Assembly: GCA_036867785.1 (NCBI GenBank)
Contig: CP145422.1
Coordinates: 248,001 to 312,000, forward strand
Direction of reading: 5' to 3'
DNA from: Plasmodiophora brassicae
Lineage: Eukaryota
Length of the DNA stretch: 64,000 nucleotides
Below the pieces are notes generated by a model. The model did no database searches, was not told the origin of the DNA, and was given only the letters and a program-made list of their open reading frames with translations. The position numbers and the translations under genes are program-made. This document shows, piece by piece, positions 34,988 to 47,412 of the stretch (positions are counted from its first letter, which is position 1; each line of letters begins with the position of its first letter).

Positions 34988-36490
34988 CATCTCACCGACG
35001 GGAGTTCGAGCCTCCCCGCAGTCCGCAGTGGACGACGACGTTTTGGGGAGGACGTACCTGTCAGCACTGCAGACCGTTATGGACGAACTCCATAAGGTCG
35101 TCGATGAAGCCAGGGAGGCGAGGCACGCGTCCAATGTACGGCAACGCTCGCGACACGTGAGGAAGGCCGAATGCGAGTCGTTCATCCCGGGCGACTACGT
35201 CTTGAACGCGAAGCCCGTCCCCGGACCCGCACAGAAGTTGATTGCGCAGTGGCGCGGCCCCTACCGAGTTGTTCAACGCGTCAATGACCAGGTCTACGAA
35301 CTCGAAGACCTGTTGACTGCACGGCGCTTTCAAGCGCACACGCAATGCATCCGCCGCTATGCGGACGCCGATCTCAACATCACCACCGAAATCAAGCAGC
35401 ACCTTGAGCGGCTTTACCAGCAATTCCACGTTGACGACCTTCTCGATTGTCGTCTCGATCGCGAAACTCAGGAGTTGCAGATCAAAGTCGCTTGGTCTGG
35501 CTTCGACCCATCTGAGGCTACATGGGAGCCTGCAGCACTTATCGCCGAAGATGTACCGCAGCTTGTGGAACAACTTATTCGGAAACTGGGCAACTCTCAT
35601 GCACACGTCGATGCATTGAGGCAATTGATTCCGGCGCCGAAACGCTCTCGTACTCGGAATCCAACATCGCATCGAAAGAAGCGACGATCTTAACCTGTAC
35701 CATCACTCTGAATTAATCTCGATACCGCATCTGTTCGCGGGTGGACGATACGATGATGATCATGATCATGGATTGGTCTCTCATGACAATCCAACCTGGT
35801 TGACGGCAACGTAACCATGGTTCGACCTGGCTGGTTGCCTTGGGCACCACGGTCGGTTTGACTTGGCTGGTTGCTCGGTGCACCACGGTCAAAGTTCGGT
35901 TCGACTTGGCTGGTTGCCCACGGGACCACGGTCGATTTGACCTGGCTGGTTGCCATGTGCACCACGGTCAATGTTGTTCGATGGACTACGTGCTGTCCAT
36001 CTCGCGAGGCATTCGGCAGCATCTATTAAGTTCCTCTTCACCGCAGGATTGACTCTGTCAGGGAGTACTGATGTCGAGGCTCCTGTTGCGCTGGGGGTCC
36101 ACCCATGGGGGTCGGCCGCTGAGCTAGGTGAATGACACTTTCTAGATGTATATGGACCGGGCTCCACCCATGGGGGTCGAGCGCACCATTGCTGATGTCG
36201 TCGTTTGCTACTTTGCATTCTATCAAGGTACCCGAGGTTCTTTGATACGCTGATCGTGTATGCATAGGTGGAAGACGGTCTCGAAGAGGGTGTCCGTAAA
36301 TGGATTTTCCACCGATTTGTCCCATGGGGTTACAAGGTGGTTTTTAGTGAGTAGTGGGTGTTCTGCACTCGAGTCTCACACTACCCTACGTCTTCGTCCG
36401 TTATTCTCCTCTCGACTGCTCCTCTGACTCCGGTTCTGAGTTCGGGAAAAGGCAGTGTAGTCCGGGGTCCTATATTTAGCTCCTCATCAC

Positions 36491-37527
36491 CAGGCCTCTA
36501 TAAAGTAGTACAATCGCGTTAGAATAGTACAATGTACTAATATAAGGGCACCTGTCTGTACTATTTTAATTAGTGCGTGGCGGACTTACCAAGTGCCTAC
36601 GGACTTCCCCGAGTCGTTTGGACTGTTCCGGAGCAGGGCCTAACCCCCCACTGACCCATGATAGCTGCCGCGATGTCGGGTCCTCCACGTAAACATCCGA
36701 AACGATTATATCCCTACCTGGATAAGGTCGAACTTGAGTTCGGATTGCGAGTGACGTCACGGAACGAAAGCAGTGGCTCTGTTGAAGCTGTTGTGTGCCG
36801 CTTATGTGAGTGCTGGGGGCGCGAGGATGCAGATGACGAAGTTGCTGATGGTTGGTATGGTCAAGGTGATGGCAGGCAGACAGGATGCTGGCCGCGAATC
36901 GGCTCTTGCGCCACCTTGTCTCCCGCTGCAACTGGTTAATACGTCAATGGTCGATTTGTGTTGGTTGCAAGTCACAAGGAACAGCTGCGGGCAGCTTTCG
37001 AGCCAGAATTTATTCCTACAGTTTGCCGGCAGCACAAGATCTCATTCGCATCTCTGCACAAGAGCCGCCGTTGATGGCATCACTGCAGTCTACGATTCGT
37101 AATGCGTTCTCAAAGCCTGGTCATCTTGTGGTTCTTGTTTCGCCGAGTTGCAGCAGTTCGTTGTGGTTCTCGTTTCGCCGATCGAGTTGCAGCAGTTCGC
37201 GGCGGGTCTGGCGACCGTGATGCCAACCACTAGTCGGGTCGAGGGTGACTTCTCCTTAATGTCCTATCGCCGGAATGCCTATTGCGCCGCCATGACAGAT
37301 TTCGTTCTGGAAGGAATCATGTATGCCAAGTAATACCGAGCACTCCAGGATGTGGCAAATCGTCTCTAGGGCCTGCTGCATTGATACACACTACTTAGAT
37401 CGATCCTAGGGCGTCTACTGGACGGATTTCTGTAGATGTACTAGATGTACTATTCTAAGCGTCCCAAGGTGTACTATTTAAGCTAGAATAGTACGAATAG
37501 GGCAATGTCCTACTTTAAAGAGGCCTG
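36491..37527 (+). mobile_element. hAT-type DNA transposon, internally deleted, 1037 bp
   Basis: Imperfect TIRs CAGGCCTCTWTAAAGTAG, 8-bp TSD CTCATCAC, and a C-terminal remnant FAAGLATVMPTTSRVEGDFS resembling the hAT dimerisation domain. Confidence 0.88.
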
Positions 37528-39231
37528 CTCATCACCTACGTCAGCATCAGCATCCTCCAGATATTCACATGCGACAGGGATTCATGTGTCGAGATATGCG
37601 GGGATCGAGAGCACGCGATCACGTGCGCCGCTGGTGGGAGAGCGGGGCACGGGATCGATGGTGGATAAACGGCATTCGTCTATTGTGTCACCCGAGGCTT
37701 GACGGAAGACACTATAACGTCAACCTGCCTGTATGCGAACAACGACATGAACCTCTCGCATTCTACGGCAAGCGCTTCTCAGGTGCAGAGATCAGATGGC
37801 CTACGATCGAGAAGGAGGCAGCCGCGATCATCAACGCTACGCAGCGCGGTGATTTCCTACTGCAGACATCCCGGGAGTTCCTGCTATACTGCGATCATCG
37901 CAATCTGACGTTCATCTTTGACCGGAACTCGGAGATCAAGAAGCATACGGCGCAGAAGCTAGAGCGATGGGCATTGCATCTACAAGGCTTCAGCTACAAG
38001 ATGAAGGAGATCGCTGGAACCGACAACGTATGGGCAGATCTCTTGACTCGATGGGGAGCTGGTCGCATCGCACTGTCATGTAGAGCAACGCGCATCATGC
38101 AGATGGACGATTTGCGAGTCACTCCTCGGCAACATCCTGAATTCAGCTGGCCGACCGAAAAGGAGATCCGCGATTCGCAACGCTTTCTGTCACGAGAGGA
38201 GAAGATCGAGGACGGGGTGTACTTCGATGAAGCTGATTGTCTGTGGAAGAACGAGAGCAGAGCCGTTCTTATTCCTTGTCATCAAGACTGCAAGAGTCTA
38301 CGTCTTCGAATCCTGGTCATTGGCCATTGCGCAAGCGCTGGTCATCGTGCGCCGGAAGTAACCAAGCAGATGATCACGGAGCGCTTCTTCTGGACCAAGA
38401 TCAATCAGGACATTGAAGCGATGTGTCAGCAATGCTTGCATTGCATCACGACACGCGGTGGTAAGAAAGTTCCTCGGCCGCTCGGTGAAGCATTACATGG
38501 TCATCAGCCGTTCGACGTACTCACGATGGACTATCTCTATGTGGAGCCTGTCAGGGGCGCGGACCACAAGTACAAGTATATTCTGCTCTTGAAGGACGAC
38601 CTCAGTGGTTATGTTCGTCTGATTCCATCAGCTGAAGCGACAAGTCGTGTTGCTGCGGAAGCTCTGAATCAGTGGATTGCCGATTTCGCGACGCCCGAGT
38701 ACCTGGTCACGGACGGTGGTTCACACTTCACTGCAGAAGTCATGGAGGAGCTTACCCGGCTACGAGATGTTCAGCATCACATCACAACGGCATATTGTCC
38801 GTGGGCTAACGGCACGGTGGAACGCGCGAACCGCACTGTGCTTAACGTCATGCGATCAGTCCTGAACGAGGCCCAGATTATCACGCACAACTGGCCGTAC
38901 TTATGTCCTGTTGTTCAGCATGTCATCAACCACACACCAAGTCGACGACTCAACGGCTACGCGCCATTCACGGTTATCACGTGACGTTCACCGGAAAGCC
39001 CGCTTGACCAGATCTGGGACCCAGTAGAAAGACAGTGTCGACGAGTACCACCGGAGGGATTCGCCAAATACGTGCAGATGTTGCAGGAGACCCTCGACGA
39101 GATCCACAAGGCCGTCGATGAAGCGAAGGCACAGCGACATGCTGCCAATGTTGAGCAACGACGACGACGACTCAAGAGTAGTCCCTACGAATCGTTCATC
39201 GTTGGCGACTACGTGCTCAATGCCAAGCCGG

Positions 39232-39427
39232 TGTCGAGGACAATGTCGTACCACCGGCACACGGTGACTCTGTGACTGTGCGCGACTGTGTAACGTCCAC
39301 GGCAGAGGCTCCGCCACTGACGCCGTTGTCGGTAACGGCTTGGCAAGCCCCTGTTACACAGCGTTACGTCGCCGCCGTCTCGCGCCGATGTCGGTCGGAA
39401 TAAATCACTTCGTTATCGTCTTCATCA
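39232..39427 (+). mobile_element. Solo LTR, family F
   Basis: 196 bp, TG..CA, TSD GCCGG. Interrupts the integrase of C. Confidence 0.9.
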
Positions 39428-40045
39428 GCCGGTACCAGGTCCTGCGCAGAAGCTGATAGCGCAGTGGCGGGGACCGTATCGAGTTGTCAAGCAAATCAAC
39501 GAGCAAGTGTATGAGTTGGAGAACCCACTATCTGAACGACGCTTCAACGCACATACGCAACGAATTCGACGATATGCAGACGCTGATTTGACCATGACCG
39601 TCGATTTGAAGCGCCACCTCCAACACACTGACCAGCATTTGATTGTGGACGACCTATTGAATTGTAGTATCGATCGAGACACGCAAGAACTGCAAATCAA
39701 GGTATCGTGGTCTGGGTTTGATCTTGAGGAGGCGACATGGGAACCTGCACATATCATCTATGAGGACGTTCCCGAGTTAGTGCTCCAGCTCATAAGACGT
39801 CTGGGAGACAATCATCCACAAGCGGAAGCTCTACGTCGTTTCGCCCCAGCACCAAAGCGAGCGAGTAACGCGCAACGCCAGACAAAGCGGAAGCAGCGAC
39901 GACGGCATTAGGTATGAATGACAATAATGCCTGTGCAGTGTTTACGGTTTGTGGTTGCACAGGGGTCAACCGCCAAACACGCTTATTCAGTACCGTCGGG
40001 ACCGGAAGGACGACGCAACCGTATCGGTTCTGCACTGGACGATAC

Positions 40046-40992
40046 TGTCGAGGACCATGTCCTACCACCGGCACACGATGACGCTGTGACTGTGCGCGGC
40101 TGTGTCACGTCCACAACAGAGGCTCCGCCACCGTCGCCGTTGCCGGTAACGGCTTTGGCAAGCCCTGTTACACTGCGTTACGTCGCCATCGTCTCGCGCC
40201 GATGTCAGTGGAATAAATCACTTCGTTATCGTCTTCATCAGATTAACAGTCGTACGCGTTCTACGCGCTTCGAGGCGGCGAGCCCGCCGGCGCCCCGCGC
40301 GCCGGTGCCATCCAGTGCCAGTCCCGCGTCACCGCGTCTCTGCCCTGACCCTGCTTCTGCACAACGCGCCACGAACGCCCACTCCAGTCGCGCCACGCGC
40401 CAGAGAGCCGAGGCAGATCGCGCAAGCAAGGCAGGCCGTCATTACGGGAATCCAGAACCAGTACCGGAACGTAAGCGCCAGGCGTACGCCGGTCGTACGG
40501 GCCTCAATCGCTTGCCTACCTCTTCTCGATATAACGTTGTCCGCCGGCGCCTTCGGCGTCGGTGTCGTCCCGAGCCAGGTCCTCCTCTCTGTGTCGTCAT
40601 TGACGACTCCGCCCCAGCATATCGCGCCATACATGTCAGCTCTAGCTACGCCACGATCCGTCTCGTGTCGCGTCAACAAGCCAAGACATACGAGCACGAG
40701 CAAGGTCGTGTTGTACATGATCCAGAGTCGAAGGTCCAGCCGGGACACGTCCGTTCGACCGCCTTCCGCATGCAACCGCGTGCCGTTGGAGGGGGCGTGT
40801 CGAGGACCATGTCCTACCACCGGCACACGATGACGCTGTGACTGTGCGCGGCTGTGTCACGTCCACAACAGAGGCTCCGCCACCGTCGCCGTTGCCGGTA
40901 ACGGCTTTGGCAAGCCCTGTTACACTGCGTTACGTCGCCATCGTCTCGTGTCGATGTCAGTGGAATAAATCACTTCGTTATCGTCTTCATCA
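40046..40992 (+). mobile_element. TRIM-like miniature LTR element, family F, 947 bp
   Basis: 195-bp LTRs at 40046-40240 and 40798-40992, TSD GATAC, PPT GGAGGGGGCG. The 557-bp interior has no recognisable RT or IN. Confidence 0.9.
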
Positions 40993-41819
40993 GATACGAG
41001 GATGATCATGATCATGGTCCTTAATCATTGTGGGCCCGGTTCTCAAATAATTGGGACCATTGCAACTGGTTTGCATGCAAGTCATGGAATCAGTCTACCT
41101 GGTTGTTATGCGATCATGCAACCACGGTTTATGGCGCTCCTCTGAGAGGCCATCACGTTATTCGATGGGTAGTCACACAGGTGGCCTCATCAATATCGTT
41201 GTGTCACGGGACATTCGGCAGCATCCGTTAAGTCACTCGTCACCGCAGATTTGACTCTGGTCAGGGCGTTCTGACTATCGAGACTCTGTTGCGCTGGGGG
41301 TCCACGCATCTGTGTCGGCCGCTGAGCTAGGTGAATGATACTTTTCGGGTGTATATGGACCGGGCTCCACCCATCTGGGTCGAGCGCCCCAACGCCGATG
41401 TCTTCGTCAGTTCATGTATCTCCATCTCGGCTAATTCATGATGGTGGCTGTGGCAAGGGTGTCCGTAAATGGATTTTCCACCGATTTTTCCCATGGGGTT
41501 GCAAGGTGGTTTTAGTGAGTATTGGGTGATTCCGAGTCTCACACTACCCTTCGCCGTCTTCTTTATCTTCGCCGGGCACGATGATGATGTTGCTGGTTCC
41601 GGGCACGAGTTCGGAGAAAGGCAGTGTAGAGCGGGGCTCTATATTTAGCGTCTCGTGCCCGACCTCAAGATGCTGCTGTCCTGAGGAGGGGGTCCTGCTG
41701 TCCTGAGGAAAGGGGGCCTGCACGGATTTAGCTCCACTGTGATGGCAGGGCCGACGCCGTGGATGGGATGATAAAGCTCATTGGGATATTGGCTCGAGAC
41801 TGACTACACTTCTCATCGC

Positions 41820-42420
41820 CTACTGCAAACGGCCGGGACTTTGCAACGAACGAGATGGACTGCCGTCGTCGGCGAGCTTGGCCACCATGCGCAAACGCAA
41901 CATCGACATTGTCGACGAGCGGAACTGCATTGCGACGGGCGATACGCCGCACGGCAACTGCTCTGCGAAGGCGGAGATACAAACGCCGCACTTGAACGAA
42001 TCCTCTTGTTGCGGGACACAAACATCCTTGATGACCAAGCTGTCAATGGCTACATCCGGAAACAGAGCTCGATTGCGCTCTGATCGCAACACTTCGTGTA
42101 GCATCTCGAAATGGCGCCCCTTCCCGAAGGAATCGTAACACAACGCCGTTTGTGAGTCGACATTAACGCAGATAAGGGTCGAGTGGTAATTGGCAATCTG
42201 GAATGCACAAGTAAGAAAAGATTCTGTCTTAACGACAATAAGGACACGGGTACATTCACCGGAACAAAGGTCCATGAAACCTTAGCCATCGCCACAGTGG
42301 AAACGTTCTCGTCCGATCGTGGTTGACAGGCTAAGGCAACAAACGTCCCGGGGTACTCGAGGGCGAGCCGCCGAAACCAGAACGATAACATCATCGTCAA
42401 TTAACCATACGTCACCTGTA
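41820..42420 (-). pseudogene. Ulp1-like (C48) cysteine protease fragment, probably transposon-borne
   Basis: NYHSTLICVN...CYDSFG...VPQQEDSFKCGVCISAFAE matches the H-D-Q-C arrangement. Frameshifted. Confidence 0.65.
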
Positions 42421-42846
42421 GTGGACACTCCCAATATCCCAATGAGCTTTATATCCCATCCTCGGCGTCGGCCATGCCACGTCATCAGGCCTCTTTTCCC
42501 AGGACCGCAGTGAGGTCGGGCGCGCACGAGATGTTATGACCCATTGGATGCCTTCCAAAAATACCTTAGATCACGAATCTGCGTCGCCTTAGATCCGCAA
42601 TCTGAGCGAATTAGATCGGCTCTAAGATCCGTCTTAGATCTGCGGAGACCGCGAAACGGTCTTCTTAGATACCAGACGCAGATTCTTACAATCTTACCTT
42701 TGTCTGTGCGCAGTCCGACTTCGCCTTCCCACTACATTCCGCATTTACACTCTTTCTGCGAGGCCAACTATGTAGATCTAATTTAAAATGCCGCGTAACT
42801 CATTTTTGGATGGCTTCCTGAACTGGGTTGCGAACTGGGTTGCGTC

Positions 42847-43584
42847 GTCGCGCAGCGTCCACGGCAACCGTCGGCTTCGGCAGACGGTTAATCCGTGTTG
42901 TGGAGACAATAATTGTCGTCCGTCGTGTCGTCTCCTGACATTTTAACCGTCTTTAACCGTCCGTAACCGTCTGTCGTCGCATCGTCTGTTACTCCGCTGT
43001 CGTTCCGCTTTGTTGTTCGTGTTCCGACCGGCGGTCTGTCCGCCCCCTTTGTTATTCCGATCGTATTGGTGACACGCACGCGCACCGGCTCGACGGGCTC
43101 GGTGGATGACGAAGCCAAGTGCCCAACTGCGCTATCATCGCCTTCTTCTCCCGTCGACCCAACGACTTTGCCCGCCGTGGACGCCGCCGAGCGCGCGCTT
43201 TCGGGCGCTTTGCGCGTCTTCCGGATCCAGCAGGATGCATTCTTCATTGAAATGCGAGCTCGCGCTGAGGAGCAGCTGAGGAGCTTTCACACCGTGCTCG
43301 CCAGCCGCCTGCTCGCTATGCCGCCTACGCCACCGCCGACCACAGATCCCTCCGCGACACCTGCTGAACCGTCGCCATATATCACCTTAGCCGATCCTGC
43401 TGTCACGACGACTAAGGTGTCGTTGAGCGAATTTCCGGTGATTCTGACGCTCTGCCGACGAGTGAGTGGTGAACCTATTCGCTAACATTGCCCGCATCAA
43501 CCTCTCGTCGACCCAGTCACTGTCAGCGGGCGCTCGCGCTCTCCTGGCTAGCTGCCTGAAGGGCGAAGCGCGTTTCGTGTTTCG
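42847..43584 (+). mobile_element. Element E2: truncated copy of family E (partial LTR plus gag 5' part)
   Basis: LTR remnant ending 42940. The gag is highly similar to 54227-54720 and is frameshifted. Confidence 0.85.
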
Positions 43585-46500
43585 TGTGCCGGCTCCAAGC
43601 TATAAGACAAGAATAGCTGTGATCCGGCTGGCCGCCCTAAGAATGACGGACATGCACGAAGTCCGCACGGAGTCCGCACGGCGTCCGCACGGCGTCCGTG
43701 GGAGCTGCAGGTCGAGGACACAGACGACTTCGCACACGGTTCGATAAACCATCACCGTTAGGACGTCACAGAGATCTCTTGAACATCCTTTCGGGGAAGG
43801 TTTCAAAGAAGGACGCGATGGTGGCCACCGCGCAGGAGATGCTGTTGGAAGATGACGTCGACGATCGACAACGAGGACGGAGCGTGCAAGGCTCAACGAT
43901 CGTCCTGCAGATGAACAAGGCGCCGACCTTGAAGAGCATGGACCGCAAAGCCGTCACGACGTTCATGGCCGCGCTGAAGACGTATCGGAATCACTTCCGG
44001 GACGATCCGAACGCCAAGGGCCAGATCCCGCGATCAGTGAAGAGTATGATCGACCCCGGTCTGCTCAGGGCGATCTGCACGTGGGAACTCGGCAAGGACG
44101 CCGAGAGGGTGACGGAGAGCGACCTGATGGACTGGATGAAGAGGCATCTGGAACAGGATCGTTCGACGGACGCGAACATCGACCGGGAGATGCGCAAGCT
44201 GGCGATGAAGCTTACCATCACCACACCGGCGGCAAGGGTCGTGAACCTCGTGCAGCAGTACGAGGAATTGGTCGCGCGCAACGGATGGCAGGACCTCTTC
44301 ACGTCCCGCGAGGGACGGAAGAACCTGGTCAAGTACCTATTGGGTGCTGTGCGCCCATCCGGTTTGCAAGCGCTCATGCGGACCCTCGTCATGAAGCGCC
44401 AGACCGAGCTCCAGAAGGACCCGATGGAGTTCTATCGAGTCCTTAAGGAGCGTGCAGCATCGTATGAGGAAACGATGTTGTACGCGGAGCCGGGACGGGA
44501 GGACGGCAAGGGGAGGGGAAAGGTCAGACCCACCCCGAAGAAGCGAGGGGCGCAGACGGATGACGGAGGCGATGGAGGCCGGGACACGAAACGACACCGG
44601 AAGGACCTGCGATGCTTCAATTGCGAGGAGATTGGGCATCCAGCGTTTCGTTGCCCGAAGAAGCCTACAAAGAAACAGGTTGCAGACATGCTGAAGGATC
44701 GCCGCAAGGTGCCAACGGGAAGGGATGGCTCCCGTAGGGCCAGAGGGATTCAGGAATCTGATAAAGAGGACCTATCGGAGTACCCATGGATTCCAGTGGT
44801 AGGAAGGGTGTCAGAGGAGGCGCGGAGGACAGGGGGCCAAGTAGCCGTTCGTATCAACGGACATGAGGAAGACTACGTTGGGGTTCTGGACAGTGGAGCG
44901 ACATCGGTTGATGTTCTGATGCCATTGACCATAGCGCGCGAGCTGATGGAAAGGGACCCATTGTTAACAATGGAGAAACTCCAGAAGCCGGAAACGTTCT
45001 GTTTGGTAGACAGAGAAACGAAGCACACAGCCTACCATCTGATGACACTGGATCTGGGACTGAAGACGACGGCAGGCGAACTGATCACTCGCCGGCGCCG
45101 ATGCCTCGTATACGACATTCCTGAAAAGGAAATTATCCTAGGTGAGAGGCTGCTTGACGACTTGGGTATCCACCCAAAGAAGGCCCTGGACGTACTCATT
45201 AAGAGCACGCCGATGAAGGGGAATGACGTCATGGATGAAGTGCACAATATGGCAAATGAGGTGCCACCTCTCTGGGAAGGGGAGGAAGAGGAAACAGAGG
45301 ATGTGAGGATCGGGGCAGATTCCACAGACTCCCTGGAAAGGGAGTTGGACGGGATGGTCGAGCGCGCATTGAGGAATGGCCTACCGCAGGCGATGGCAAA
45401 ATCGCTGCGGAAGCTCGTCAAGAGGTACAGGGACGTTTGGCGTATGAGTGTTGGACCCGATGATCCAGCCAGGGTTACACCATTTGTCACGGAGCTGAAA
45501 CCGGAGGCGGAACCCTACAGGTGCCGAGCCAGAAAGTACAGTATGGAGGACAGTGCTTTCATGGAGGAATTCGTTGCCCAATTGAAGAAGTATGGCCTCG
45601 TCGTTGAAAACTACAACGCGAAGTGGGCTTCACCGGTGGTGGTGGTGACGAAGCCAGGGGGCGGAAAGCGGTTCTGTGTTGATCTCAGAGCTGTCAATGC
45701 CAAATGTGTCGCCGTGGCGTGGCCTATGCCACATCAGGAGGCGATACTGAGGAACCTGGCAGGCTCGAGGTTCTGGTTTAAGCTTGACGCGTTCAAAGGC
45801 TTCTGGATGATGCCGCTGGATGAAGCGTGTAAGGAGATCTCCTTCATGACAGATAAGGGGGTGTATAAGCCAACGAGGTCGATGCAGGGGGGAATGAACT
45901 CCGCCCCTCACTATCAAGGGAGGATGTTTGAGGTGTTCGGGGAACTGATGTTTCACAAACTAATCATATGGATCGATGATCTAATGGGGCATGCCCAGAG
46001 GGAGGATGATTGGTTCCGAACGTTGGAACGAACTTTGATGCTAGCCGAACGGCACAACATCAAGTTCAACGTGGAGAAGTGTGAGCTCTTCACGACGGAG
46101 GTTAGGTTCTGTGGGAGGATATTCACGCCAGAGGGGGTAAGGCACGATCCAGCAAGGATCGAAGCTTTGATATCGATCCCACAGCCGAGGACAGCAAGGG
46201 ACTTACAACAATTCCTAATGGCAACTCAGTGGATGAGCAGGTCCATCCCTGAGTACAACAGGAAGGTACACCTGTTGCAGAGGATATATGAGGATGCGAT
46301 GAGGGACCAACCTGGCAGGACGAAAGCCATTGCCAGGAGGGTGCGATTGTGCAAATATGGATGGTCACCCGAACATGCGCAGGCATTCGAGAAACTGAAG
46401 ATGGCAGTGGCGGACACGGTCCAACTAGCGTACCCGCGAAAGGACCGGATCCAATGCCTATTCTCGGATGCTAATGAGGTCAACAGCGCGGCGGTAGTCA

Positions 46501-46663
46501 CACAGATTCCGCCTGAGGATTTGGGTAAACCAGTGCATGGGCAGCGACATGAACCGCTGGGTTTTGTCGGACACAAGTTCGCGGGCCCAGAGCGGAACTG
46601 GTCCACGGTGGAAAAGGAAGGGTTCGCGATCAAGGATGGGATTGACAAACTGGACTATCTCGT
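43585..46663 (+). mobile_element. Element I: 3'-truncated Gypsy element with single gag-pol ORF
   Basis: Candidate LTR TGTGC..GCACA at 43585-43736. ORF has CFNCEEIGHPAFRC, VLDSGAT, WIDD and the start of RNaseH (FSDAN). Integrase is missing. Confidence 0.85.
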
Positions 46664-46665
46664 TA

Positions 46666-47410
46666 CAGTGATTACCGTAATTAGTCTGTATCAGACTAAT
46701 TAGGTGTTAGCGATTTTAGAGGCTCAACCCTTGATTAGTGTGTATAACACTAAATGCGAATTAACACTATATAGGTGCTGGCATGAATACTGTGATACAC
46801 ACTATTTATTTTCACACGTAATTAGTGTGTATAGGCATACGCAGCGCCGCAGTGCGAGCCAGTCCCCACGGACGCCGCACGTGCTGGCCGCTGAGCCCGC
46901 AGGGACCCGGAAATGATTGCACTCTGTTTGTTCACGTGAGATACGCGGATGGCTCCAGCGTCATCGTCACAAGCGTTGTCTGTCTTCTCTGCGTCACCTC
47001 TTGCTGCCGCGTTTGCTCGATCGCAGCTGCATCAGCAGCATTGGCAGCCGCATGATCAAGTGCCACGAGAACCGGAACAGCAGCAAGGCGACGGCGCCGA
47101 AGAGGAGGTTAGGATTGAAGATGATGATGCGAATGCCCGCAACGATTCGGCACGTAAGGGAAAACTGCAGCACGTCTGTACCCAGCAGTCAAGAATCAGG
47201 GTCGTGAAGTGGATGATCGACGACGAAGGTCGTTCCTTAATGTACTTACATAATGAAATTTGAATTTTCATGGTACATTTCGCGTGTATTTACCAGTGTT
47301 GTACTATATATACTGAGGTGTGCCAAGAGCACCCGACCCTGAATAGTGTGTATCACACTAATTATGAACTAACACTAATTGCGCATACAGACTAATTACG
47401 GTAATCACTG
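46666..47410. mobile_element. Non-autonomous Tc1/mariner-type element, 745 bp
   Basis: Perfect 26-bp TIRs CAGTGATTACCGTAATTAGTCTGTAT with TA on both sides. Confidence 0.85.
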
Positions 47411-47412
47411 TA

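Larger units (their letters stand above)
34732..37716 (+). mobile_element. Element D1: internally deleted Gypsy element inserted in the RNaseH region of C
   Basis: 4-bp TSD ACGT, whose removal restores MEDVNLPVCEQRHEPL. Truncated 5' LTR 34732-34910, IN-end/chromodomain 35052-35693, 3' LTR 36456-37716 split by a hAT element. Confidence 0.88.
31641..41808 (+). mobile_element. Element C: Gypsy chromodomain retrotransposon carrying nested insertions
   Basis: LTRs TGTAG..CTACA at 31641-31828 and 41625-41808, flanks TTTC/CTTC, PPT GGAGAAAGGCAG. gag 31893-32900, PR/RT (WIDD) 33023-34731, RH/IN 37721-39231, chromodomain to 39911. Nonsense codon at 38982. Confidence 0.9.
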
